Shown here piece by piece: positions 39,801-47,476 of a DNA stretch of 64,000 nucleotides. The translations under genes were made by a program, and so were the position numbers. The notes below the pieces were generated by a model. It had not been told where the DNA came from. It was given only the letters and a program-made list of their open reading frames with translations, and searched no databases. The first letter of the stretch is position 1. Every line of letters starts with the position of its first letter. The DNA comes from a virus: IMG/VR virus record IMGVR_UViG_3300036979_001044, positions 32,811-96,810 of that record. One strand, written 5' to 3'.

Positions 39801-41931
39801 TCGATACCCGGGCGGTCAAGATCAACGTGCCTACCTCGCTATCGCTCACCTTCACCGCGACCCCCGGAGGCAGCGGCAAATCCCACGCGGTCGTGTAGTG
39901 CTCCTTGCCGCTATTGGCCACCAGCCACTCCTGAATCTCCAATGGCAAAAACTGACCAGTCACCACCTGGCCGTTGGTCCAATCGTGCAGCAACTGCATT
40001 GCCGCGACTACCGGCTGCTCGGGCGCGACGACCTTCTGCTCCTCCAGCTCGGCGACGGTCTGGGTCACTGGCGCCGGCGGCTCCTCGGCCTTGCCCGCGG
40101 CCTCAGCCAGCTCCTGCTCAAAGAGCTTGAGCTGGAAGACTTTCGAGCCCAGCGAGATGCCCTTGGCCTTCTTCTCGGTCGCCGACAAGGTCAGCGGCAA
40201 ACCCTGGTTGAACAGGTACAAGCTATCGCCGGCCGCGTTGAGCGAGGTAAACCCGACCATCTTTCCGTCCGGGTAAGTCACCACGAACGACGGCTTTTTC
40301 CCTTCCCAGTTCTCGCCGACTTCCAGCCCGTACTGCTTGCCCTTGTACGCAGTGGTCAGCTTCATCCCGGGTGCAGGCACTCCCGACGGCCACCAGCTAG
40401 CCGGAACCACGCCCGGGGTGTGGATAGTCACCTCCACCGACTTGCCGCCCTTCTTCGTGAGCGGCCAGCCGGCCTTGGGCTTCCCGGCAACCACCGGGGC
40501 GACTTCCACCGCCTTGAGCTTCGGGGGCGATCCTGGAACCACCGGGGTCACTGCCGCCACTGCCGTGAGAGGAATCTCCAGCTTGGTCGGGCCGTGCTTG
40601 GGCTTGGCCTTGGGCTTGGCGGCCGGCTCTCCCTCGGGGGGAGTCTCCCAGGCTACCTGGACCGTCTCAGGCTTGGGCAGGACCACCTTCTTCCCCAACT
40701 CCGTACTCAAGAACCCTTCAAAATCTGAACGCAAATTTTGAAGACGGGCGAGCATTTTCTGGAGCTGCGCTTGCGGGTCTGCGTGCGTCCAACCGGAGAC
40801 CGTCGACACGTAGGGAGCGACAATCAATTGAAATTGCTCAGGAGATATCTGGTCCGCACGGTTCACTACATCGGCCACCGCCTCGATGAGCCCAGCCGAA
40901 TCGATCTCCCCCGACTTGATCTTCTCCCAAAATTTGTTGTAAATCGGGTGGCTAGGGTTCGGAGAGTAGTCCGCCTCCAGCTTGTCCTTGCCCAGAAACT
41001 TCCAGCTCTGCCCCTTGTCGATGGCAGCCAACTGCCCGCCTTGACTCAGGAAGTTTCCAGCGTGACTGTCGTGGTTGGAGATGAGCCAATCCACCACCTG
41101 GTGTTTCATGATCAGTGCTTTGTACTTCTTGAGGTTTTCCATCTGAGGGTCGGAGTGCTGGCTCGAACTCTCCTGCCAGGTCTGCCCGTCCAGAATCTGG
41201 ATGAGCGCTCCACCCTTCCCCTGTACTTCCACGTACTTGACCGCAGGGATGAGGTTACCCAGAAGCAGTCTCCCCAGCCGGCAGGCGGCCTCTTCCGCTC
41301 GGGCGATGATCGGGTCAGCGGCCTTGAAGACCCACTTGTGCCCGCCCTTGCTCTCGAAGAGCTTGTTGCCATGCGAGCCAGAGAACTTCCCAGCCGGTAA
41401 CTCCTTCAGCTCCGAGAGTGCCGGGAATGACCCGTCCCCGTACTGCCCGCTGGCCATCTCCGCCGCCCACCCGGTTTCCTGCTCCTCTGAGGGCCGTAGA
41501 GGCTCTCCAAGGTGCGGGAGGAGAGAAGCCTTAGCCACCTTCCACTTCCCCCCGCCGAGAGGCTGGGGGGTCACAGAGAACGCTTCCTGGAGGAGGCTAG
41601 CTCCCTCCTTGCTGAGATGCACCTGCTCTGCGTCTACCGCCCCCTGGAGCCCCAGCTCCATGAGCCACTTGACCAGGGCCACGTCTTGCTGTGCGGGAGT
41701 GTAGGTGTGCTTGGCCTGAAGAATGGCGACCAACTGCTGCGCTGCGGCGCTACCGGCGTAGATCGGCTTGCCGTTTGACTTATACCCGACGATCTTCCCG
41801 TTCCGCGGACCGATGGCTATAATCGACAGTCCCTGCCAACTCCCCAGATTTATCTTTACTTTCGCGGTCTTGACCAGCGCCTTGATCAACGGTCGCGGTT
41901 CCAGAAAATGGAAAGCTGGTAGTGAATTCAT
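33874..41931 (-). CDS. Giant polyvalent protein: HipA/PI3K-like kinase, RAMA-like domains, 8 internal repeats, putative ADP-ribosyltransferase
   Basis: Kinase motifs WVFK...AEEAA...DWLISNHDSHAGN...AIDKG; FTSLNAAG and FQTLSAAS...GGWKFW units; LPxGTxI repeats; C-terminal SPGPD..SGGSKGVFCR...NEILF. Confidence 0.75.
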   Translation of the reverse strand: MNSLPAFHFLEPRPLIKALVKTAKVKINLGSWQGLSIIAIGPRNGKIVGYKSNGKPIYAGSAAAQQLVAILQAKHTYTPAQQDVALVKWLMELGLQGAVDAEQVHLSKEGASLLQEAFSVTPQPLGGGKWKVAKASLLPHLGEPLRPSEEQETGWAAEMASGQYGDGSFPALSELKELPAGKFSGSHGNKLFESKGGHKWVFKAADPIIARAEEAACRLGRLLLGNLIPAVKYVEVQGKGGALIQILDGQTWQESSSQHSDPQMENLKKYKALIMKHQVVDWLISNHDSHAGNFLSQGGQLAAIDKGQSWKFLGKDKLEADYSPNPSHPIYNKFWEKIKSGEIDSAGLIEAVADVVNRADQISPEQFQLIVAPYVSTVSGWTHADPQAQLQKMLARLQNLRSDFEGFLSTELGKKVVLPKPETVQVAWETPPEGEPAAKPKAKPKHGPTKLEIPLTAVAAVTPVVPGSPPKLKAVEVAPVVAGKPKAGWPLTKKGGKSVEVTIHTPGVVPASWWPSGVPAPGMKLTTAYKGKQYGLEVGENWEGKKPSFVVTYPDGKMVGFTSLNAAGDSLYLFNQGLPLTLSATEKKAKGISLGSKVFQLKLFEQELAEAAGKAEEPPAPVTQTVAELEEQKVVAPEQPVVAAMQLLHDWTNGQVVTGQFLPLEIQEWLVANSGKEHYTTAWDLPLPPGVAVKVSDSEVGTLILTARVSKVGKPEMWGWWEGLDGTVKNGVLGKLQIDVLAHKFELWAGESLADKLGSYKATAALAEKDKETLAKFPAGPPPEAILPPTAVVPENAPKFTEGPLAKGTVIKVKKKVPGYEKKQEVTLSVLQNGQLLVEIPGQTAQTFQTLSAASDHVWIVQKGYSDAADYKAKNKTNKVPSGGGWKFWGISPKEAPAASAAELGTGAGAVPAPVLPVPSVPEPGAATPAGAESLAPTIGGATLEFLEAAAYGTKIQTDDGNDNKTVYEKLFGGKWKVTLINKFASADTAEITTAEAYNMMQDEKIESWEGPGAPVPEEMVQITSAVDALAGALGPKDEYDWHPLKDVTGAVIDALPEGTTISWKSPWEKGSHQAEKTKGGQWTFTVAPNTEAGPYGTHPSIELLDHVIIGSEPKVLLPVFDYQAPKKPATTSGGPIPPPSLEQIKAYPLGTKVHVNVTSHPTYVYVKTEAGWSNLESGNTYKDLTVANSWKQPFNEITKIEVPEKESIFDALPGFAWKEGVDKVPEKEGEPSAENWEWFKFHPIEAASKIKAAIKNDPEALGKLPAGTLIQYSIEKKMDSPIVTAVKTAKGDWDVTWEDEKKELHELAYMQSVLSYPDTIIKMLKAPSKLNLAPITELPVTGDFQAELAALEKTGDFTFLPKNTIIQSQSKNGSIEYKYVKESDNYWKKYSDGTNVGSLTSDVVATELKDEVIISWTKPGGAPIFAKKSPKGLPTTEEEFAKLPVGTFIQTKGKYGHFYTYLKDSSDNWVLTADGVTLSSGSNGKVFSDIQEETLDAWKAGSGKVPEKPEVPKGITTITLNDYPVGTVIQAQAGTSFYKYTKKPDGEWLVEGSQGTNSYPASLLATELFYEKVLEVAPPASKNPAAWEEFEKLAEGAFLAKQTVTISDYTPYLEDDAKFSALPVGTVIETKSKTNNTYTYTKHAANAWKAVSGGGQIYELPDANALGDLVIETILSWQQPIGVPGFPENVHTDYSKFPEAVQKTLEKIKEGVVAGSKPTGGANHSTIEKPSGWPAWVPPPGVVISGEWQGKKFYLLNGQYGYVKNTDDPNVLIQFAVVGEDGVFHVGGSDENADDALAYALSATDVGTSVTEVKEQLGLNKLSFPVGSNFYNLSGTQSPLAGKPVAQMTPAEKVTKVKTSMYLVDALKNHPLLQEGTLKFKKAKGTAMYVCLDGVEGASTKLYNALKELNVEHHIKNKGGIPKVNAQGAFVAIDGQVLQFTQVEVETTALEASSVKHAPSDPNWQTMPEAKAKPKKKTKAQLAAEKEAAAKFEAAKQKAVAIKAWGTTHPPVVDKGQLQTLAYLQKDFASYQIPVGVIARTAGEELVLSHKTHQKQFAYYLKILHEATPFQMETIETPWGEAVKLDVAGLQKALEQKFKVGIGKMITGPDGKEYPDGTTFQKKTFKHTVSDLISSEPGFYKIKEHATDPVNLAFLKVVGTSPESMAQMKAIIAKYGLESPHPEPKLGSGSVVHSIFKKSLEKVFSVEETYAVDVPEQPEEFVQSGLPSVDTGEYWSEVGDGSADLADVASIKPSLYGHVMRVGAPGELRDFCIRFRRVKDKQGKLYYEFTGDLVNFNSGKSELSTGTAQFGSILGSKGTEPDGGSTDVATFDPETGTHTEYTPKISSAPTPGGFCGKTESGSSILVVPPSSSQDTFKNTFRVRIPATENPLSELREAFQKMGKDPDKMLAPINEDSDRIFKKSMLVRGLMGAKGWNEDSFSPMTMHDEAWLDGQLSKLGAKGKVEGLRVVKTFDNHISVIADDAEKFQKWSFPYVGASLSGTFLQLIQGSGWASRKNCLVHGVWHSGQSPGPDIQSGGSKGVFCRVAGVNSVVSESYACQIIFSPRLFKRVDWWRYNADGYGNTNSHQAHGSSVTYGKKRYETDLNGLNEILFEGGVGLKDIVAVVVDDSDERKQMIAALKKAGKTEINGKSLEDFIVGKVHKGVSAFGTAADFAKALEIAPVE

Positions 41932-42142
41932 TTACTTAGCTCCCAAGCAGTTTGCCCCGCTGGCTAAAATACCGTTGGCTGCAACCGATCACGTAAGGCG
42001 TTGGACACGCCGTACCTAGAAACTTTACCATCCCGGGAAAAACTCGTTCCAGAACAACATACCGAGCCGTGCACATCGGTTTCTGGAAAACCTTCCGTAC
42101 TTCCACAGCTCGCCGAATCTCACTCGACGGTGTTGTACACGT

Positions 42143-42361
42143 TCAGGCTGCATGCGTCCGAGCCAGTTCCAGGTCCATCCGCACATCCCAGAACAACCCA
42201 GCCAGCTCGGGGTACTGGCGCTCGATGTCGAGATTGCGTTGCCCTTCGACCCAAGCCACGGCGTAGCGGTGCGCGACCTCCAGCCCGAAAGCAGTCAACA
42301 GCCCATCAGAATCCTCGGTGGGTTTACCGAGGGCCTTGCTTAGCGGCATCACGTACTTCAT
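42143..42361 (-). CDS. Hypothetical protein
   Basis: 72 aa, MKYVMPLSKAL, with a GGAGG RBS. Confidence 0.5.
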   Translation of the reverse strand: MKYVMPLSKALGKPTEDSDGLLTAFGLEVAHRYAVAWVEGQRNLDIERQYPELAGLFWDVRMDLELARTHAA

Positions 42362-42617
42362 GGATGAACCTCCAGGCGTCGCTCGCGCGGATGTAGACGA
42401 TCCCGTCCAGCACCTTGCTCTGCTCCAGAATGGCTGGGAGCTTTTTCACTTTCCCCTCCCAGTAGACCGAGACTTCCAGCTCCTTGGGGTTCATGATCTC
42501 CTCGGTCCACATGATGTCGTCCTTGAGCGTCGCTCCAGAAAGACGCGGCTCGTAGGTCCCGTCGGCCCGCTTCAAAAGAAAAAGCACCTGCTCGTTAGTC
42601 TCTGTCAGATTCGCCAT
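42324..42617 (-). CDS. Hypothetical protein
   Basis: ORF from MANLTE, directly after the MuF polyprotein. Confidence 0.55.
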   Translation of the reverse strand: MANLTETNEQVLFLLKRADGTYEPRLSGATLKDDIMWTEEIMNPKELEVSVYWEGKVKKLPAILEQSKVLDGIVYIRASDAWRFIHEVRDAAKQGPR

Positions 42618-42625
42618 GGCTACCC

Positions 42626-45600
42626 TCACTTGTTCTTGTCCGATTTCAGCTTCTCGCTGATCCAGGCAACGATCTTATGCTGATCCACCGCGATGTACTC
42701 ATTGTAGAGGTGCCCGACTCCATCGCTCTCCATGATCTTGCGCAACTTGGCCAAGTTCTCCTCGGGCGTCCCGCCCTTCTTGCACACGGTACGATAGAGG
42801 ATAGCGGCACGATGGGACGTATCGAGCTTTTTGAACGTCGCCTCGAAATGCGCGATGCACTGGTCGTGGGTGTCTTTGTCTGGAATCCAATCACGCATCC
42901 GGAACTTGTAGTAGCGGCAGGAAAGAGAATCGTTTTGCGGCATGTCCTTGATCGGGATGGGCAGCCGCAGCACCTTGGCCTGGGCGTCGGCGATACCGCG
43001 ACCGGTCGGATCGACAATGACCTTGTTCTTCGGGTCGTAGTAGATGCTGTTGCAGGTGAAGTCGCGGCGCTCGAAATCCTTGCGCATCTCGTGGTCCACC
43101 CGAATGTCCGGCCACCACTTGCCGTTGACCGGGTTGGCGCACTGCTCGCCGTCCGCGGTCGTATAGGACACCATGCCTGTCAGGTCAATGCCCGGGCCAC
43201 TCTTGGTGGCACAAACAGTCATCCAGGCCTCGTCTCCAGGGGCCTTGCTAGTGATCCGCCTGTCCCCGGGCAAATCCGCACCAACTTTGTTGAAGCAAGT
43301 TTTCATCACCGTCGCGTCGGCCGTGGTCACCATATCGAAGTCCTTGAGCTTGGAGATCACCTTCTCATCGGTGATCTCACTTCCCTCTTGGACCAGATTG
43401 AGCAGATCGCGCACCGCGCCGCCAACCAGATAGGTCTCGCGGCCTCGTTCCCAGAGCCAATCGACGTACTCGGTTGGGGTGTGCGTACCCACCGCAGCGG
43501 TGGCCATCAACTCGTCCAGAATCTTCTGGTGCCGTTCATTGGGGCGGACGAAAGACTTTTCTGGAAGATCATGCACCGCTGACTTGTAGTGCTCGGGGCC
43601 CGCCTCATTGGACTTGAATCCCTTCCAGTCCTCGAAGTGCAGTTGCGTCGAGTGGTTCTTGTCGTGCGGGCCCTGGTAGTCCGGCCCAAAATCAACGATC
43701 GGATGCCCCGCTTGATCCGTGCCGATATACGTCCCCGGAATCTCCTGGCCCTTTACGATCGCAGTGAGCTTGGCGCCGTTTCTCATGTACCCCTTCAGCA
43801 CCTTCGGAACTTTCAGCTCGCTCTTGGGTACGAGCTGGATCTCGCCCACCCGCTCGACTTTCGATGGAGCAAAAACGGTATCCGCCTTCACCTTCAGCGC
43901 GGGCGCCTGGGCGGGTTTGGGCTTTCCCGGCTTCTCCGCCTTTTCTGGAAAGACCGCCAGCGGATCGGCGTTCTCAATTTTCTGGAATAGATCGCGACTC
44001 ACCGTGATCCGGTTGTAGGTCGGGCCGGGCTCAATGGATGCCTCAATCTGGAAATGCTTCCGCAGCTGCTCGATGACCCCCTTGTGCCCGGGAGCGAACT
44101 TCAGCACCACCAGATCAGGATCGGTGTGGTGCGGGCGCAAATGCCCATCCAGGTACGTCATGAGTCGCGCGGTCCAGCCCGGTTCCTTGGTCTGTCCACC
44201 GTTGCGGAAGTAGATGGGCGTGTTGCCATCCCAGGCGACGATCTTACCTCCGCGGGGCCCAGTCGCGATGATGGCGGCCATCGACTTCTCCAGGTCAGCT
44301 TTGTCCTGGGGGCGGAGCGCTACCTTGGCGGTGTTGCCGATGACGTAGCGCCTACGCTCTTCGGTGCCCTCCCTCGCTGAGTCCTGCCCGGTCACCGCCG
44401 CGTCGGGCAAAACGATCGGGTAGACGTTACGCAGAGGCTCGGTGACCGTGTAGATCTCCTTGTCCCGCTTCAGTCCCTCGGCGACCTCTTCCTCCTCATC
44501 CTTCCAGTCGCGGAGCAAGTCAGCCGGATCGATGTGAGGATTGGGACCTTTTTCTGGAACGCGCCGCTTGGGGGTCTCGACCAGGTAATTGGCCGCGGTG
44601 CCATGGCCGCCCGCGCGATTGCCCGCCTGGCTGGTGGCCGCGCCGATGTCCGCCGATACCTGCCCGCCCTTGCCCAGCCCGGATAGCGGGATGACCAATC
44701 GGAGCTTGGGCGACTCCTCGGCGCTCTGCACCCGGGTGAGCCCCACCCAGCGCTTGAAGGCCTCGATGTCCATGGGGTTGGTCTGGAGGAAGAACTTCTC
44801 CGGCCGGTCGTAGCTCAATCCGTAGGCGCGCTCGGCATCCTCCTGATTGGAGAAGCCCAGCATGCACTTCTGCTCGTCCCAGATGCCGGTCTCGGGATTC
44901 TGCTGCTCGATGACGTAGGCCATCTCGGAGTCGGGGTCAGGGCCGATGAACACGTCGAGAGGATCATCGTCGGCGCCGGTGGTGCCCAAGATCTCCCCGT
45001 AGGCGTGCAGCATCCAAGTCTTGTCGGTGCCCCCGTCCGGGGTGTGAAAGGTCCGCGAGGTGCCCTTTGGGTTCTCGATGTGGATGGGCAATCCCCAGAG
45101 ATGCACCAGCTGCTCGCCACTGGAGAGAGCCTTGCGCAGATCGTCTTCGCGCAGGAGCGCGCGCATGAGCGCCTCCTCGCTCTTGTAGACCTTGCCGCCC
45201 TTGCCCCCGGGCACCAACTCCCCCTCCTTGTTGAAGCCGTAACCGTCTGGAATCCTTAGTAATTGACAAGAACAATGCGGATGGATCGTGCCGATGACCG
45301 CTTGCCACTCGGCGGTCTTCTTGCCCACGTTGGTGCCGTTGGCTACCAGGGTCGAGAGCGGGAAGATGCGCGGGTTGCCGTCCGGGCCGTTGTAGAGCCG
45401 GTCGCAGTGCTTGCAGTTATGCACTGCTAACCCATTGGCAAAATAGCTCTCGTCTTCCTCCACTTCCAGATTGAACACTTCACCTGTGAAAGGAACCACA
45501 GCAATGCTGTTGACTCCTCTGGCATAGAACGATATAGGCTGCGCATGAACCGTAGACGCAATATTCCCAAATCCGAATTGATTCGACTCTGGAAAACCGG

Positions 45601-46954
45601 AAAACATACGATTGGGTCTTTGGGGCGGCACTTTCAAGCCGGCAGTACCACAATCAAACGCCGCTTCCGTGAATGGGATATCCCCATACCCAGCCGAACC
45701 GAAAGCCAGATCGCCAACTTGCGCAGAATGACCCCCGAACAAAGAAAAGCCCTCACCGAGAATGCGCGTAAAGCGCGTAAACTGGCATGCAGCCCAGCTG
45801 CGCAGCATGCCAAAGCTCTGACCAATCAGCGCACCCAGCGCTCGGTTACTCCCACCACCCAAGCCTTGGCCAAAAGACTCGCAGCGTTCCATCCCGTACT
45901 TGAATTCGCTTTCGATAAATTCAACATCGACATTGCTATCCCGCATCTGAAGATAGCGATAGAGGTAGACGGCGGGGGGTGGCATTACACGGGAGCCGTC
46001 CGTAGACGAGATCAAATCAAAGAGCTTCTCCTCTGGGAGCAAGGCTGGATCGTGTTGCGCGTTCCCGACAGTTGCGCAGACCAAGTAATCGCCGCAGTGA
46101 ATCGAATCAGCGCGCCGCCAGTTCATATTAACTAGGAATGGATGATTTTCTGTAGCATAGGGTTTCTGCCCATCAATCCCGATCAGTTTTCCAGAAAAAT
46201 GACGCTGAAAAGCGTGGGTCACCTTCCGCCAGCGCAGCTTATGGGTGAGCACCTCTTCCCCGATACGCACCTGCTCGATGGGAATTTCCCCGCTACGGGT
46301 GTGCACCAACGTGCCCGCGGTAAAACAAGCATCCGGCATTACCCGCTTTGCAACCAGGGCCTCCTCACCGTAGCGCTTGGCGATGTGGTCGGCGAGCCCG
46401 GTCTGCATGGCGGTCTGCTTCTCGGTGACCGCGATGCGATCCCAGTCGCGGGTCCAGTCCTCGCTCGCCCAGCCGAGGTCGCTCTTGAGCTGCTTCGCCG
46501 TCTCGCGCTTGGCGATATTCTGGGCGGTCTTGTCCCGCACAACGCGCTCCAGCTTGGCGCGGAGCTTGGCGTCGGCCTCGATGAGGATGTTGCCGGTCTG
46601 CTGGTTGACCTTGTTGCCCAGGCCCTTCAGGTAGCCAGCGGCGCTGAGCTGGGCGAACTTCACCGCCCGCTGCTCGGGGACCGAGAGCGGGATAGGGTTC
46701 TTGCGAACGTATTTCTGGAAAGCGTCGAAGCTCATGTTGGCCGTGGCCTTGTTCTGGAGAATTCCCAAGAGCTGGCCGTAGAGGTAGGCCTGCTCCACCG
46801 AATTCAAGTGCCCCTCGATGAGCCCAGCCTGCTCCAGCTCCGTCAAAACCCCGGGGTCAACCGCCTCCGGGCCGATGGCCGAGACGATGAAGGCGTTGTG
46901 GTGCTTCTCCACGATCTTCTGGACTTTCTGGAGTTGCTCGGGGGTCAATAGCAT
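42626..46954 (-). CDS. MuF-like head morphogenesis protein with intein, fused to inorganic pyrophosphatase and CCA-adding/poly(A) polymerase-type nucleotidyltransferase domains
   Basis: MuF: RDWDRIAVTE, DAC|..|CKHC, HPHCSC. iPPase: IENPKG.R...YG.I.GT.GADDDPLDVF...DEQK.MLGF. NTase: YLVGGAVRDLL, KDFD, DFERRDFTCN. Confidence 0.85.
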   Translation of the reverse strand: MLLTPEQLQKVQKIVEKHHNAFIVSAIGPEAVDPGVLTELEQAGLIEGHLNSVEQAYLYGQLLGILQNKATANMSFDAFQKYVRKNPIPLSVPEQRAVKFAQLSAAGYLKGLGNKVNQQTGNILIEADAKLRAKLERVVRDKTAQNIAKRETAKQLKSDLGWASEDWTRDWDRIAVTEKQTAMQTGLADHIAKRYGEEALVAKRVMPDACFTAGTLVHTRSGEIPIEQVRIGEEVLTHKLRWRKVTHAFQRHFSGKLIGIDGQKPYATENHPFLVNMNWRRADSIHCGDYLVCATVGNAQHDPALLPEEKLFDLISSTDGSRVMPPPAVYLYRYLQMRDSNVDVEFIESEFKYGMERCESFGQGLGGGSNRALGALIGQSFGMLRSWAACQFTRFTRILGEGFSLFGGHSAQVGDLAFGSAGYGDIPFTEAAFDCGTAGLKVPPQRPNRMFSGFPESNQFGFGNIASTVHAQPISFYARGVNSIAVVPFTGEVFNLEVEEDESYFANGLAVHNCKHCDRLYNGPDGNPRIFPLSTLVANGTNVGKKTAEWQAVIGTIHPHCSCQLLRIPDGYGFNKEGELVPGGKGGKVYKSEEALMRALLREDDLRKALSSGEQLVHLWGLPIHIENPKGTSRTFHTPDGGTDKTWMLHAYGEILGTTGADDDPLDVFIGPDPDSEMAYVIEQQNPETGIWDEQKCMLGFSNQEDAERAYGLSYDRPEKFFLQTNPMDIEAFKRWVGLTRVQSAEESPKLRLVIPLSGLGKGGQVSADIGAATSQAGNRAGGHGTAANYLVETPKRRVPEKGPNPHIDPADLLRDWKDEEEEVAEGLKRDKEIYTVTEPLRNVYPIVLPDAAVTGQDSAREGTEERRRYVIGNTAKVALRPQDKADLEKSMAAIIATGPRGGKIVAWDGNTPIYFRNGGQTKEPGWTARLMTYLDGHLRPHHTDPDLVVLKFAPGHKGVIEQLRKHFQIEASIEPGPTYNRITVSRDLFQKIENADPLAVFPEKAEKPGKPKPAQAPALKVKADTVFAPSKVERVGEIQLVPKSELKVPKVLKGYMRNGAKLTAIVKGQEIPGTYIGTDQAGHPIVDFGPDYQGPHDKNHSTQLHFEDWKGFKSNEAGPEHYKSAVHDLPEKSFVRPNERHQKILDELMATAAVGTHTPTEYVDWLWERGRETYLVGGAVRDLLNLVQEGSEITDEKVISKLKDFDMVTTADATVMKTCFNKVGADLPGDRRITSKAPGDEAWMTVCATKSGPGIDLTGMVSYTTADGEQCANPVNGKWWPDIRVDHEMRKDFERRDFTCNSIYYDPKNKVIVDPTGRGIADAQAKVLRLPIPIKDMPQNDSLSCRYYKFRMRDWIPDKDTHDQCIAHFEATFKKLDTSHRAAILYRTVCKKGGTPEENLAKLRKIMESDGVGHLYNEYIAVDQHKIVAWISEKLKSDKNK
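45416..46327 (-). mobile_element. Intein (class 1) in the MuF domain, 304 aa
   Basis: Block A CFTAGTLV, block B ATENHPF, block F VFNLEVEEDESYFANG, block G VHN followed by Cys+1. Splicing restores PDA-CKHC. Confidence 0.9.
45545..46135 (+). CDS. HTH plus DUF559/Vsr-like PD-(D/E)xK endonuclease, antisense inside the intein
   Basis: IDIAIPHLKIAIEVDGGGWH...RDQIKE..L..QGWIVLRV; N-terminal HTH-like TIGSLGRHFQAGSTTIKRRF. Confidence 0.85.
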   Translation: MNRRRNIPKSELIRLWKTGKHTIGSLGRHFQAGSTTIKRRFREWDIPIPSRTESQIANLRRMTPEQRKALTENARKARKLACSPAAQHAKALTNQRTQRSVTPTTQALAKRLAAFHPVLEFAFDKFNIDIAIPHLKIAIEVDGGGWHYTGAVRRRDQIKELLLWEQGWIVLRVPDSCADQVIAAVNRISAPPVHIN

Positions 46955-46958
46955 CGCC

Positions 46959-47282
46959 TCACCTCTTGTCTCGCGCCTCGTTGGCTAGCTCCAGGAGCTG
47001 ATTGGTCGAGAGCCCTTCCAGTTGTCCGCCTTCCAGAAAATCGCTCTCCTGGTAGCCCCGCCGGCAGAGCATCTTCTTCACCCGCTCGTAGAGCGCCCCA
47101 TCCTGCTCGGCAATGGGCTGGGTATAATCCTCGAATCCCTTGGCGAGCTTGGCTACCGGAAGGAATCCCTCATTGTCCGCCTCAGCCCCGGTCAGGATGG
47201 CTTCGGGGATGCCCCCGGGGTATCGGTCACAGGTGAGCTTCCCTCGGTATCGGGCGCAGTTGCCGCACTGGTTGGTTTGCAT
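46959..47282 (-). CDS. Small Cys-motif protein
   Basis: QCGNC...TCDRYPGGIPEAILTG. Confidence 0.65.
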   Translation of the reverse strand: MQTNQCGNCARYRGKLTCDRYPGGIPEAILTGAEADNEGFLPVAKLAKGFEDYTQPIAEQDGALYERVKKMLCRRGYQESDFLEGGQLEGLSTNQLLELANEARDKR

Positions 47283-47476
47283 GTCTCGCTCTCCTCGATT
47301 TCTGCGCGCAGATAAGTCAACACCGCTACGCCTTTTCCGATTAGCCCTAAAATCTTCTCCGCATCACAAACCGCGGCAGACCGGGATAGCAACGTATTCC
47401 AGAATGAGCACCCCGCCACGTAGCCGCCGGACAAAAACATCGGACAACCGTCGGCGCAGTGCACGGGCTTAGCCAT
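47192..47476 (-). CDS. Small Cys-rich hypothetical protein
   Basis: MAKPVHCADGCP...GC...C. Its start overlaps the upstream stop, but it also overlaps the next gene by about 90 bp. Confidence 0.4.
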   Translation of the reverse strand: MAKPVHCADGCPMFLSGGYVAGCSFWNTLLSRSAAVCDAEKILGLIGKGVAVLTYLRAEIEESETCKPTSAATAPDTEGSSPVTDTPGASPKPS

